Virus record (IMG/VR): IMGVR_UViG_3300045988_131126
Source of the DNA: a virus
DNA length: 64,000 bases
Reading direction: 5' to 3' (one strand)
Of this stretch, positions 54,776-64,000 are shown piece after piece. The translations under genes were made by a program, and so were the position numbers. The notes beneath the pieces were generated by a model. The model did not search any database. It had not been told where the DNA came from and saw nothing but the letters and a program-made list of their open reading frames with translations. How positions within the stretch are numbered: position 1 is the first letter of the stretch; each line of letters opens with the position of its first letter.

Positions 54776-56428
54776 TTAATATTTGACGCTTACTGTAAAA
54801 TTATTTACTGTTGAAGCTTCATTTACATATACGAAGTATTGTATATCGTCATCTCCAAATCTCATAGAAACCATATATCTAGTAAATGTATCCGTAATAT
54901 TAAAACCATTTGGATCCATAATACTTGATATCTGACCATAAGACGCAGGATATGCTATCATTAATCTTTGATTATCAGAATTAAATGTCAAAGATCTATT
55001 CGCTTTCGTTTGTACTAATTTAGTAGTATTTTTTACAGCAGCTTCATCTATAGCAGCATCTTTGTCAATAGCTCCATACCACATAGGATATATTACATAA
55101 AATGCTCCAGAATCAGCTGTAACTGTTTTGCCACTAGAATCAGTAATTCTAGCTCGAATTCTAAGATTGCTTGTTAATTTATCTAATACTTTAGATATAG
55201 TATAATTGAACGTACCACCATCTTTAACCCCATCAGTCTGAGTTGCAAGTGGTCCACTAATGTCTTCAGTATTAAATATTTCAATTTTAGTAATATCTTT
55301 AGATTTCTTCGTAACTCCAACTCTTACACTAGTAATTGTCGGATTTGTTCCAAATTCATAGGTACCACCATTAGCAGGAGCTGTAACTGTACAACTTACT
55401 ACAGGAGGTACATAAGGATATAAAATATCTCCAAGAATTTCTGCTAATGCTTTATTATTAAAAGTTGTACCAGCAGGAATTCCTCCATGCGCAGTTAAAG
55501 TAGGCTGATCATTTGTATATCTTAATAATCCTTTATCAGCCTTACTTATAAACTGCTTTTCGTCAGTCTCTAATATCATATCGGCAGAATGAGTATTTGG
55601 ATGAGTATAATTATTTGCTCCTTCCTCAATACCATTAAGCTTCCTAAACATTTCAGGACTCATAAGACCTGATTTTGTACTGTCAACGACACTTGTGGTT
55701 ACATCGCTCTTATTAGCTGGTGTATACCCTAAAGCATTCGTAATATCATCTTTTTCTAAATGTCTCCAATCCACTTCCCCAGGCATAGAACCAGCACTTA
55801 AAAACTTACCTTTATTGGTAGTCCCAGTAGCAGGTATATGCATATTTCCATCTCCTGTAGGATGGATATAATGATTAGCATTATCATCAATATTATTTAA
55901 TTTATCCAATTGAGATTGAGTAATAAATTGATGACTAGCATCAGTAATAATATTAGAAATGTCTACTTGTAATCTCAGATCTGTTTTTGTAACAGATCCA
56001 TCCTCATTGTGTTTAAAAGTACGAATTTTTTCTATACTATTACCATCTTTGCTCAGTAAAAACATTACGTCATTATCATTAGGAGAAGCTTCGTTGTCCT
56101 CTCCTACATATATTTTACTGAAAAGCTTTACAAATTCTTCTTTACTGTTATTCAGTATAGTTTTCATATCTGCACTAGACAGATTAGTTCTTGGCAATAT
56201 AAAATCCATAGTAATATTGTCTTGATTATAAGTAACAGTAATGCTAGGATTCTCTGTATTTTCTGCGACTTTTATAGTACCGATTTCGATACGTCTATTC
56301 GCATCATAGATACCTTGCTCCATGTGATTTGCTTTCTCTAAAGTGAGAATAGCATCATTTTCTAAGTTTTCTGAGAAGGTCTTTGAATCATCATAGTTAT
56401 TCCATCTATTTTTCGTATAGTTAACCAT
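54776..56428 (-). CDS. tail fibre protein (cassette B, member 1)
   Basis: GANNYTHPNTHSADMI repeat. C-terminal part HGGIPAGTTFNNKALAEILGDILYPYVPPVVSCTVTAPANGGTYE. Confidence 0.7.
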   Translation of the reverse strand: MVNYTKNRWNNYDDSKTFSENLENDAILTLEKANHMEQGIYDANRRIEIGTIKVAENTENPSITVTYNQDNITMDFILPRTNLSSADMKTILNNSKEEFVKLFSKIYVGEDNEASPNDNDVMFLLSKDGNSIEKIRTFKHNEDGSVTKTDLRLQVDISNIITDASHQFITQSQLDKLNNIDDNANHYIHPTGDGNMHIPATGTTNKGKFLSAGSMPGEVDWRHLEKDDITNALGYTPANKSDVTTSVVDSTKSGLMSPEMFRKLNGIEEGANNYTHPNTHSADMILETDEKQFISKADKGLLRYTNDQPTLTAHGGIPAGTTFNNKALAEILGDILYPYVPPVVSCTVTAPANGGTYEFGTNPTITSVRVGVTKKSKDITKIEIFNTEDISGPLATQTDGVKDGGTFNYTISKVLDKLTSNLRIRARITDSSGKTVTADSGAFYVIYPMWYGAIDKDAAIDEAAVKNTTKLVQTKANRSLTFNSDNQRLMIAYPASYGQISSIMDPNGFNITDTFTRYMVSMRFGDDDIQYFVYVNEASTVNNFTVSVKY

Positions 56429-56528
56429 TTCGGAACCTCCATATTATTTAATATTACTTAGATGTGCACAAAAGTCCATGTTAAATAAAAACCATCTTAC
56501 TCTAAAAAATGAGTAAGATGGTTTATTC

Positions 56529-58109
56529 CTAAATATCTTTTCTTATAATACATTCTATAGGTATATCAATTGATGGTTTGTCACCATATGCTTTTAAAGT
56601 AATACTATTAGTCGCCTGTGATCCGCATAATATACCAGCAGACATCCAAGATTCTGCTTGTGCCGCTGTAACTGTACTCGGAATCAAAATCTCAACATTA
56701 TTAGTTGCAGTAACTCCAGATACAGCTATAGTATTAGTATAAGGAGAAGCTGTTCCACTCCATCCAGAAGCTGATAATGTAACACTAGCCTTTGCCGATT
56801 TACCGGTATAATTAGCATCTATAGCTTTCTGAGTTAATGTGCCATCTGTAGCAGATCCAGTTCCTGCGTATAATTTAGTTGTACCAGAATAAGATGCGGT
56901 ACCTACAGTATAAGTAGTATTAGTATCTTGTCCTGGTATTCCTAATGCTGTAATATCAGATTTACTGATAGCTGTAGCAGATTTAATATGACCATTTACA
57001 TCAATTTGTATTTTATATAATCCTAATCCTTTTTCAGGATATGTAGGATGTACATATTTATTTGCTCCTTCGGCTATACCATTTAATTTGACTTTATCCG
57101 TTGCAGTCATAAGACCATTAGCAGTCGTTGTTGCTGCACCATAAGTTACAACTGTATCTTGTCCTGGTATTCCTAATGCTGTAATATCTGCTTTTGTAAC
57201 TGCTGTAGCTGCTGATACGTGACCTGTACCATCTACTGTTACTTTATATAATCCTGATGTTTTAGCTGTATATCCAGGATGTACATATTTATTTGCTCCG
57301 GCTGTAATACCATCTAACTTAGATTTATCTGTAGTGCTCATTAAACCGTCTTTAGATGCAGTAGCAACGCCATACGTAGTATCAGGTGGAGTTGCCCAAG
57401 TAGCATCTCCTCTTAAAAATTGTGATTGATTTTCTGAATATGGAGCAGGCACTAACCCATTAGTACCATTAGCACTTGACGTAGCTCCTCTAAAATTACT
57501 GTAAGTAGTATCAGTATTAGCTCCTGGTATTCCTAATGCTGTAATATCCGATTTAGTTACAGCAGCCGTATCACTTACATGACCAGTATCGTCTACTACT
57601 ATTTTATATAACCCAGAAGTTTTAGGTGCATATGATGGATGTGTATAGGTAAAATTATTAGCATTTTTAGCTATACCATCCAATTTAACCTTATCAGCAG
57701 AACTCATTAAACCAGGGTCTGTTGCGCTTACTAAAGTATACGTAGTATCAGTATTAGCTCCTGGTATTCCTAATGCAGTAATGTCAGATTTAGTAACAGA
57801 TGATACATCGCTTACATGTCCTGTGTCGTCTACTGTTATTTTATATAGACCATTGCTTCTTTTAGTATATTTAGGATGTATATATTTGCTTCCAGTAATG
57901 ACTTCTTCCCATGTTTTGTTTCCTTTATATTCATATGTCTTTTTGGTATTGGTTACATAAACATGCATACCTTCCCAAGCAGCGTTAATAGTAACAAGCT
58001 CGTCTCTTTCCGCTATAGTATCTACTCTATTTCTAACGTCAAGTGGGACTTCCGCTTGTAATTTAAAGCCGCCTGCCATAGCAATTCCTTTTCTATTAGA
58101 AAATCCCAT
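56529..58109 (-). CDS. long tail fibre protein with about five SGLYK-VDxTGHVS-DITALGIPG repeats
   Basis: Shared N-terminal anchor and C-terminal knob. The repeat units are ~45-50 aa. Confidence 0.7.
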   Translation of the reverse strand: MGFSNRKGIAMAGGFKLQAEVPLDVRNRVDTIAERDELVTINAAWEGMHVYVTNTKKTYEYKGNKTWEEVITGSKYIHPKYTKRSNGLYKITVDDTGHVSDVSSVTKSDITALGIPGANTDTTYTLVSATDPGLMSSADKVKLDGIAKNANNFTYTHPSYAPKTSGLYKIVVDDTGHVSDTAAVTKSDITALGIPGANTDTTYSNFRGATSSANGTNGLVPAPYSENQSQFLRGDATWATPPDTTYGVATASKDGLMSTTDKSKLDGITAGANKYVHPGYTAKTSGLYKVTVDGTGHVSAATAVTKADITALGIPGQDTVVTYGAATTTANGLMTATDKVKLNGIAEGANKYVHPTYPEKGLGLYKIQIDVNGHIKSATAISKSDITALGIPGQDTNTTYTVGTASYSGTTKLYAGTGSATDGTLTQKAIDANYTGKSAKASVTLSASGWSGTASPYTNTIAVSGVTATNNVEILIPSTVTAAQAESWMSAGILCGSQATNSITLKAYGDKPSIDIPIECIIRKDI

Positions 58110-58241
58110 ATTAGCAAAGCTCCTTTTATTTTTATTAATATAAAAATTTATATTATTTATAAGTTTACCATACTTAATACCTCAGCTTTTGTATTATATA
58201 GTATCCCGAAACAATTAAATAATTCGAAAGGAGGTACAGAT

Positions 58242-59537
58242 ATGGGTAGATTTCAAAATACTCAATATGTAGACACTGTAAATAATATCACAGATGCTAT
58301 GGTTTCTTTTTTAGATAACCCGTATTATAATAATATAGATAAGCATCCATGGACCTGTGATTATCTTCATATAAATAAAAATTTTACTACTCTTGATGAA
58401 GGTTCTCAGCAAGAATATGCTTTTAAAGGGCAAAATTCTCCAATAAGATACGATCTAATAAAGAATTTTGTATTATTTGGTCCTGGAAATAGAATAGAAG
58501 TAAACTTAAATAAAGAAGAGTTTGGTGTATCAGGAGATATAATAGAAGGAGAATTCTATGTATTACCAGATACTATTATACCATATCCTGGTGATGTATT
58601 TAGATTATATAATATTAAGCAAGATTATTGTTTATTTAAAGTAACTGCAGTAAATAGAGATACTTTAAAAAATAATAAAAACTTTTATAGAATAAACTAT
58701 AAACTTGAAACTACTCAAGAATCTAGGTATCAAGAAATAAGAACTCGTATAGTAAATAACTATACGTTTATTCTAGATAATCTTGATACTGAATATAGTA
58801 TGATAATGCAAGACGATGCTTATAATGCTATAAATGAATTAGATAATCTTTCTATTAAATTAAAAGATTATTTTCAAGCATTATTCTATTCATCTAGAGT
58901 ACAAACTTTCATTTATAAATATATAAATGATAATCCTTTATATGATTTCTTTATGATAGAATTTATAAAGAAAAATAATATATTAAAATATGCTTCAGAT
59001 TATATTCACGTATGCCATCAAATGAGGCCACCATCTAAATTTCCTATAGTATATAATAATACTTTCTTTAGATGCTTAGAATTAAAAGATTTAGAGCATA
59101 TAAGAAAATATACTTATAGAGGTTTTCCTATTCATATAGATGATAGTAGGTCTATCTTTGTAACTAGACAGGAAGAATATTATTATGTCTGCTACGATTG
59201 TTACGAAGCTCAGAAGTGTACTATCCCATCATTTAGAGATGACTTAATTTATAATATTGAAAATAATATTAAATATACTGAATGTAAATATACTATATTT
59301 AATATAGTAATTAAATATTTTAATAATGAAGAAATTACTAAAGAAGATATAGAAGCTTTTGACTGTATAGGATGGGACGCTTGTATAGAATTATTCTATG
59401 GTATTCCAATTATAATATTCTGTATAGAAAAATATATAGATGATAAAGCAAAAAATAAAGAAGAATGTAAGTGTATGAACTTTGATCTATCCAAAAAGTG
59501 TATAAAGGATCAAGACCAGTATACAATCAAAGCCTGA
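58242..59537 (+). CDS. hypothetical (probably structural) protein
   Basis: 431-aa ORF with AAAGGAGGT RBS. Confidence 0.65.
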   Translation: MGRFQNTQYVDTVNNITDAMVSFLDNPYYNNIDKHPWTCDYLHINKNFTTLDEGSQQEYAFKGQNSPIRYDLIKNFVLFGPGNRIEVNLNKEEFGVSGDIIEGEFYVLPDTIIPYPGDVFRLYNIKQDYCLFKVTAVNRDTLKNNKNFYRINYKLETTQESRYQEIRTRIVNNYTFILDNLDTEYSMIMQDDAYNAINELDNLSIKLKDYFQALFYSSRVQTFIYKYINDNPLYDFFMIEFIKKNNILKYASDYIHVCHQMRPPSKFPIVYNNTFFRCLELKDLEHIRKYTYRGFPIHIDDSRSIFVTRQEEYYYVCYDCYEAQKCTIPSFRDDLIYNIENNIKYTECKYTIFNIVIKYFNNEEITKEDIEAFDCIGWDACIELFYGIPIIIFCIEKYIDDKAKNKEECKCMNFDLSKKCIKDQDQYTIKA

Positions 59538-59574
59538 ACATATAGTTAATTTAAGGATTAAGGAGATATTTGAT

Positions 59575-59733
59575 ATGAGTAACCTTAATAAATTACTAGC
59601 ATATTCTATATGCGAAGAGATGGAGCATAATCTCTTTAATGATGAAGAATGCGTAGCAACAGACATTATCGGTGATATAGAAGATGAACCGGATGGTGAT
59701 AAATCTATATTGTACGATAATGATAACGAATAA
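59575..59733 (+). CDS. small acidic protein (52 aa)
   Basis: Under 60 aa. AAGGAGA RBS. MSNLNKLLAYSICEEMEHNLFNDEECVATDIIGDIEDEPDGDKSILYDNDNE. Confidence 0.5.
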   Translation: MSNLNKLLAYSICEEMEHNLFNDEECVATDIIGDIEDEPDGDKSILYDNDNE

Positions 59734-59754
59734 TATCCAAGGAGGTATTTTGAA

Positions 59755-60234
59755 ATGACAACTAAAGAATTTGAAGAGATGTTCGGACAGAGTTTCTCAA
59801 TAGATGTAGATAATACATTTGATAAAGCAATTGCTGCAGAAGAAGTAGACGATGATGAAGATGGTGAATGTATCGATACAGTACAGAAAGAATCTTCATT
59901 AGGTTTATCTTTCGGATCAGTACCAGAAGATTCTGGAGATACAGAATTTAACATGTTTGATGAATCTTCAAATGATTTTAATTTATCATTTGGCAGAAAA
60001 AATCAGTCTAAATCATTAGAAGAATCTAGTGATTTTAATTTATCTTTTATGAACGAATCTTCTGATGAAGTAGAAGATGATCTCTATGTAGGTAACGAAG
60101 ATTTTGATTCTCAGTTTGATCTTATGACAGACGAAGATGATGGATTAGATGTTGCTAGTGACTGTGGAGATGCAGAATACATTGACGATGATGACGAAGA
60201 TGGTGAATGTATCGACTTAGTAGAAGAAAAATAA
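59755..60234 (+). CDS. highly acidic protein with terminal DDDEDGECID repeats
   Basis: 159 aa, D/E/S-rich. EEVDDDEDGECIDTV lies near the N-terminus and DDDDEDGECIDLV at the C-terminus. AAGGAGG RBS. Confidence 0.65.
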   Translation: MTTKEFEEMFGQSFSIDVDNTFDKAIAAEEVDDDEDGECIDTVQKESSLGLSFGSVPEDSGDTEFNMFDESSNDFNLSFGRKNQSKSLEESSDFNLSFMNESSDEVEDDLYVGNEDFDSQFDLMTDEDDGLDVASDCGDAEYIDDDDEDGECIDLVEEK

Positions 60235-60258
60235 ATATAAGGAGAAGAGTGTTTAAAC

Positions 60259-60813
60259 ATGGACAGATTAACTTGTAATTTAAGAAACGTAAAAAGACCT
60301 ATCAGAGGATTATTTGTAGGTAAAACAATAGTAAGAGATGAATTAGGAGTAGAAATTCCTCTTCGTATCTATTCAAGAATTAAAAGAGACTGTAATGTAT
60401 TTGCAGTAATAGATGGAAAAGAATATATTATTCCTACAGAAGCAGAGTTCAAAAAGCTTCTTTTAAAAGCTGATACTAAAAAAGCTAGAGGTCTTACAAA
60501 GCCAATCATGTATGTAGCTGATTCTAAAGAAGAAAGAGAAATACTTAATGTTACAGAAGAACCTGTATCCAGTATTCCTCATGTATATTCAGCTCCTAAT
60601 GGTGTATGTCTTCCGCATCTTATGACAGAAGATGAAAATGGTACTCTTGTAGATACAGGAATACCTGTAGAAGGATCAGATGGAGTTATTACAACAGCAT
60701 CTGCAGAGGTTCCAGTAGAAGTAACAGAAGAAGAGACTGAAGCAGTCGAAGAAGAAACTGCTACAAATCATCAACAGAATAGTAGAAATAGAAAAAATAA
60801 AAATAGAAGATAA
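60259..60813 (+). CDS. hypothetical protein sharing an N-terminal module with 29690..30721
   Basis: MDRLTCNLRNVKRPIRGLF compares with MANIRCDIKNVRPRPIRGFL. The tail is acidic, then basic. Confidence 0.6.
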   Translation: MDRLTCNLRNVKRPIRGLFVGKTIVRDELGVEIPLRIYSRIKRDCNVFAVIDGKEYIIPTEAEFKKLLLKADTKKARGLTKPIMYVADSKEEREILNVTEEPVSSIPHVYSAPNGVCLPHLMTEDENGTLVDTGIPVEGSDGVITTASAEVPVEVTEEETEAVEEETATNHQQNSRNRKNKNRR

Positions 60814-60821
60814 ATAAAAAT

Positions 60822-60847
60822 CCCGTATATCTATATAGATATACGGG
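60822..60847. terminator. bidirectional hairpin terminator
   Basis: CCCGTATATCTATATAGATATACGGG. Confidence 0.6.
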
Positions 60848-60854
60848 ATATATT

Positions 60855-62546
60855 TTAATTGCAATTAATAATACAGATATAGGTTAAAATTTCTTCACCG
60901 ATATAATCTGATAATACAGATTTATCTAATAGAATGCCATCTACATTAGGTTCATCATATGAAATGATTCTAAAATCTGATGATAATACAGTGGCAATAA
61001 TTGACAGGATTTCATTGTCAATTTTGGTATCGTTTTCCATATAATTTGATTTAGCTAACGCATAAATCTTACTAGATTTAAGCTTTTCTAGTTCTTTCTT
61101 ATTGATACTTTTTCTTTCCACAATCTTTTCGATCTTACTGCTAATAATAAATGGCATTGCTATTAATCCATTTGCTTGCAACATTCTTTTTGCAGCAATG
61201 ATAAGTTTTACATAATCTCTCTTATTAATATTTGCAATTGTAATTGGATCTCCAAAATATTTATCAAATAAATTGAATACCAACTTCTTTTGGAATTGAT
61301 TAATTATATTTCCTTCAACATCAGATAATCTTGTAATATAATAATCAATTTCATTATCATCAAATGGACCAAACATTAAATCTATTTTTCTCATGCTTTC
61401 TTCCGCTGCTGTTTTATTGAGTAGATATAATTGGTCGTCTGATTTAATCATATAAGCTTCAAATTTATCAAATGCTGAATTATTCTCTGCATCTCTCTTA
61501 GCACTTGATAATGATACATAATCATATTCATATCCAATATCAATTACTTGGAATCCGTTTGATTGTTTGATTGATACATAATTGAATAAGATATTATTTT
61601 TATCATAAGTATACTTTGGAGCAATGTTTAATAAAATATTTTGCACGCTTACTAATGTTTGAGTTGTAGGGGATTTACCTCTAATAGGTTGCATATCCCA
61701 TAATACTTTTTCTCTGTGGAAACTCTGATTAACGTTAGATAAACATGTCTCATATAATTTATTATATATATCAATATGCTTATCTAGATGAATAATCTTA
61801 TCAAATATCTCTAACAGAAAATTATTCGCATCTGAAACAATTTTGTGTACGAAGATATAATGCGTAATTAATGGAATAATCATATTTTGTAATAATGAAT
61901 ACCACATTAATAACTTACTATGTCTATCCTTATAAGTTAAGGATGGATTTTTTACATTCTTATATTTCTTAGAATCCAAATCAAGTAGATAATTATCTTC
62001 ATTCATTAATTGAGCTTTATTCATTATTGATGGAGTAATTATGTACTTGAATAAATCGTTTATAAACATTTCTTTATTATAATCGATGAATCTATCTATA
62101 ACCAATTTTATCCTAAGCATTCCAGATAAAAGTTCATGATCTCGATCATAAAATTTCTCAAAATAATTGATATATTGCGGTAAATGATATACCATCTCTT
62201 TACCATTATAGCATCTTTTTGAAGTTAATATAAAACTATTTAATGCATTTTCTGCTTGTCCGTCATCTACACAAAGATTAAAGATCTTCGTCAATGGAAC
62301 GTACAAAAATCCTTTGCAAGACGTAACTAATACGTCTTCTGCATTAGGAATCCATAAATCTACATATTCCCAATCTGGTGGTAATGGTCTTTTATAAGTA
62401 GGATCGTCAGCATGATAAACTGCTGGATTGTATAACTCATCAGATGTCCCTTTATGTTTATCCAATGGATTATTTAAATATAACGGATTTTCTCTTTTCT
62501 TAGCTATCTCTTCTGCGAGTGTCAATGGTTCTTGATCTTTATTCAT
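60855..62546 (-). CDS. hypothetical large protein
   Basis: 563-aa ORF with GGAGGCAGGAC RBS. Confidence 0.7.
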   Translation of the reverse strand: MNKDQEPLTLAEEIAKKRENPLYLNNPLDKHKGTSDELYNPAVYHADDPTYKRPLPPDWEYVDLWIPNAEDVLVTSCKGFLYVPLTKIFNLCVDDGQAENALNSFILTSKRCYNGKEMVYHLPQYINYFEKFYDRDHELLSGMLRIKLVIDRFIDYNKEMFINDLFKYIITPSIMNKAQLMNEDNYLLDLDSKKYKNVKNPSLTYKDRHSKLLMWYSLLQNMIIPLITHYIFVHKIVSDANNFLLEIFDKIIHLDKHIDIYNKLYETCLSNVNQSFHREKVLWDMQPIRGKSPTTQTLVSVQNILLNIAPKYTYDKNNILFNYVSIKQSNGFQVIDIGYEYDYVSLSSAKRDAENNSAFDKFEAYMIKSDDQLYLLNKTAAEESMRKIDLMFGPFDDNEIDYYITRLSDVEGNIINQFQKKLVFNLFDKYFGDPITIANINKRDYVKLIIAAKRMLQANGLIAMPFIISSKIEKIVERKSINKKELEKLKSSKIYALAKSNYMENDTKIDNEILSIIATVLSSDFRIISYDEPNVDGILLDKSVLSDYIGEEILTYICIINCN

Positions 62547-62669
62547 TTTGTCCTGCCTCCTGCTTTTCGAAACTTTTAATACTTGTACGTACCACCTCCC
62601 TTAATATAATACATACAAGTAGTCATGTTAATAATATGTAATTGATTAAGTATTTTTCTATTCTTAATG

Positions 62670-62700
62670 GTTCTGAATGTCATTTTGTAAGTTCTGAATG
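62670..62700. promoter_or_regulatory. two direct GTTCTGAATG boxes in a divergent intergenic region
   Basis: Boxes at 62670-62679 and 62691-62700. Further TTCAGA/TTCTGA half-sites at 62734-62752. Confidence 0.4.
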
Positions 62701-63185
62701 TATGAATTGTATATTATCTTATTGATAGTATGGGTTCAGAGTGCTTCTGAACAAGAAAAGTCACTAGCATCATTTTATATATTTTCTATCTTCAGAGTAT
62801 TATGAGTTTAATACTATCTAAACTTTAGAGAAGATAAGGAGAATACAAAATGATGAATTTCAAAGGTACAGTAATTAGAAGCTATGATGAGGACGACGAC
62901 GATATTATTCTGGTTTATTTAGATTGATAATCATAGCACAAAATCACAAAGAAAGAGGAGTACGTAATATTGGTACTCCTCTAATTTCCAGCAATTTATT
63001 CGTTTTAATGTACTTGATAAGAAATTCATGCGATGTATTACTCTAAAATCTTTTTAATATACATAAGATGAAGCCGAACTTAATCGGCGAATCTAAAATC
63101 ATCTTAATCTTCGATCTCAGTGCGTCAACGTGCTGGGGTCACCCCCACCTTATTTCTTGTAAATTTTTCTTATTTTTATATTCTA

Positions 63186-63536
63186 TCATTTCCATCTCTC
63201 CGCATAATACATATTTGGATTAGATTGATATAAGGCTTCTTCTCTTAAAGATCGCATGCCAAGAAATCTATCTTTCATTTCAGTAATGCAATCGTATGAC
63301 ACTATTTGTCCATTTATAAAAAGTTTTCTACCATGTTCTTGATAAAAAGTATCATTCGGATTTGGTAACTCTATATGCCATCGGTCTGATTTTACTATAT
63401 AAAAAGGCTTTGGTTCATTATCTCGATATTCCCAGGATTCTTTATTTACAGATAAAAACCCTTTCATCGGTTCATGTTTACATGATAGTACTTTTAAAGC
63501 GCTACTTTTGTTTACTAATTTTGATAATTGTTTCAT
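63186..63536 (-). CDS. hypothetical protein
   Basis: 116-aa ORF with GGAGTC RBS-like sequence. Confidence 0.55.
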   Translation of the reverse strand: MKQLSKLVNKSSALKVLSCKHEPMKGFLSVNKESWEYRDNEPKPFYIVKSDRWHIELPNPNDTFYQEHGRKLFINGQIVSYDCITEMKDRFLGMRSLREEALYQSNPNMYYAERWK

Positions 63537-63616
63537 TTTTCAAGACTCCTAAAGGTGATATTTAATATTTTCGATTTAATAGTTACTTATTTCTTGTCAA
63601 CTTTTTAAGAAAAATA

Positions 63617-63976
63617 TTATATTTTTCGAATTTCTGTGCTATTGCGTAATGAGTATCTTGTCCATTCTTGCTCATCGGCTTCTTCTTGTAAAGTAAATGC
63701 TCTATGATATCGATATCGAATTTTCATCGTGTTTGACATAGATTCGCTACTTTTCATAACACCGTTCACGAATATTTTTCTTGCGCATGTATACGTATTA
63801 TGAGCAGAACGTTGTATTTTTGGTAGACCTTTTAATTTGTCGATATAACATATAGATTTAAAACTTAAATGAATAATAGAAATCCTATCTATACACATTG
63901 ATTTATCACAACGTACTTTTTGCAAACTGCCTGGTTTCTGTGAGTTATTCATTAATATATCCAATTTACAATTCAC
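63617..63976 (-). CDS. hypothetical protein (start uncertain)
   Basis: 119-aa ORF from GTG 63976, which abuts AAAGGAG. In-frame TTG 63964 or ATG 63952 are alternatives. Weak similarity to 63186..63536 (RK(I/L)F(V/I)NG). Confidence 0.45.
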   Translation of the reverse strand: MNCKLDILMNNSQKPGSLQKVRCDKSMCIDRISIIHLSFKSICYIDKLKGLPKIQRSAHNTYTCARKIFVNGVMKSSESMSNTMKIRYRYHRAFTLQEEADEQEWTRYSLRNSTEIRKI

Positions 63977-64000
63977 TCCTTTTTATATCATAACATAGTC

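Noticed and set aside
59487-59954. 155-aa Ser-rich antisense ORF.
   Set aside because: It is the reverse frame of the acidic genes (GAT/GAA read as ATC/TTC/TCA). It has no RBS and overlaps three well-supported plus-strand genes.
12122-60847. Family of CCC(C/G)(A/T)TATA...TATA(T/C)GGG palindromes (12122, 37297, 46271, 52216, 60822, and similar at 35124 and 44003) that looked like a dispersed REP/MITE-like repeat.
   Set aside because: Each sits exactly at a gene end, usually between convergent genes and next to a T-run. The loops and inner stems differ. They are explained as intrinsic terminators with a common design.
63040-63160. Relatively GC-rich structured stretch (TAAGATGA...GCCGA-ACTTAA-TCGGC...TCATCTTA, then GGGGTCACCCC) that might be a tRNA or small RNA.
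   Set aside because: There is no T-loop or anticodon architecture and no clear promoter or terminator, so the evidence is too thin for a feature call.
1-64000. Prophage boundary signals (integrase, att sites) or stop-codon reassignment.
   Set aside because: No integrase- or recombinase-like ORF or flanking bacterial genes were seen. Long uninterrupted ORFs in the standard code argue against recoding.

Overview
This window is a visibly AT-rich, densely coding stretch of a large tailed dsDNA phage or prophage. It has AGGAGG-type ribosome binding sites, ATGA stop/start overlaps and hairpin plus T-run terminators. A low-GC Gram-positive host is inferred only. Recognisable content: a large receptor-binding/tail-fibre arsenal (2.6-9.8 kb and 49.9-58.1 kb); lysis genes (holin-like at 13.9 kb, CHAP/PG-binding endolysin at 33.3 kb); a Zn-finger+TOPRIM primase, NrdG and a P-loop kinase; a GroEL-like chaperonin; a protein carrying an RpoD region-4 look-alike; one tRNA(CAT) followed by an HNH endonuclease gene and a tRNA 3' relic; and many tandem paralog arrays of unknown function. 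The stand-out system is a complete diversity-generating retroelement (DGR: target-avd-TR-RT, minus strand, 40.1-43.8 kb). Its 108-nt TR/VR pair differs at 17 positions, 16 of them at TR adenines. It sits inside a six-member paralog family of FN3-like proteins, five of which end in GVCFCF. Two other members carry GC-rich VR-like tails with no matching TR or IMH in this window. Other structures not explained by genes: a ~750-bp array of about 21 degenerate 36-bp repeats in a gene-free gap (14.97-15.72 kb); a recurrent long palindrome plus TCCCCACATT module in front of paralog genes and of a candidate structured ncRNA (36.7-37.15 kb); a CATTC(A/T)GAATG palindrome in three divergent intergenic regions; and mirrored, modular tail-fibre cassettes around a glycine-rich gene. 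All functional calls rest on motifs read by eye. No database search or computation was possible, so most products remain hypothetical.
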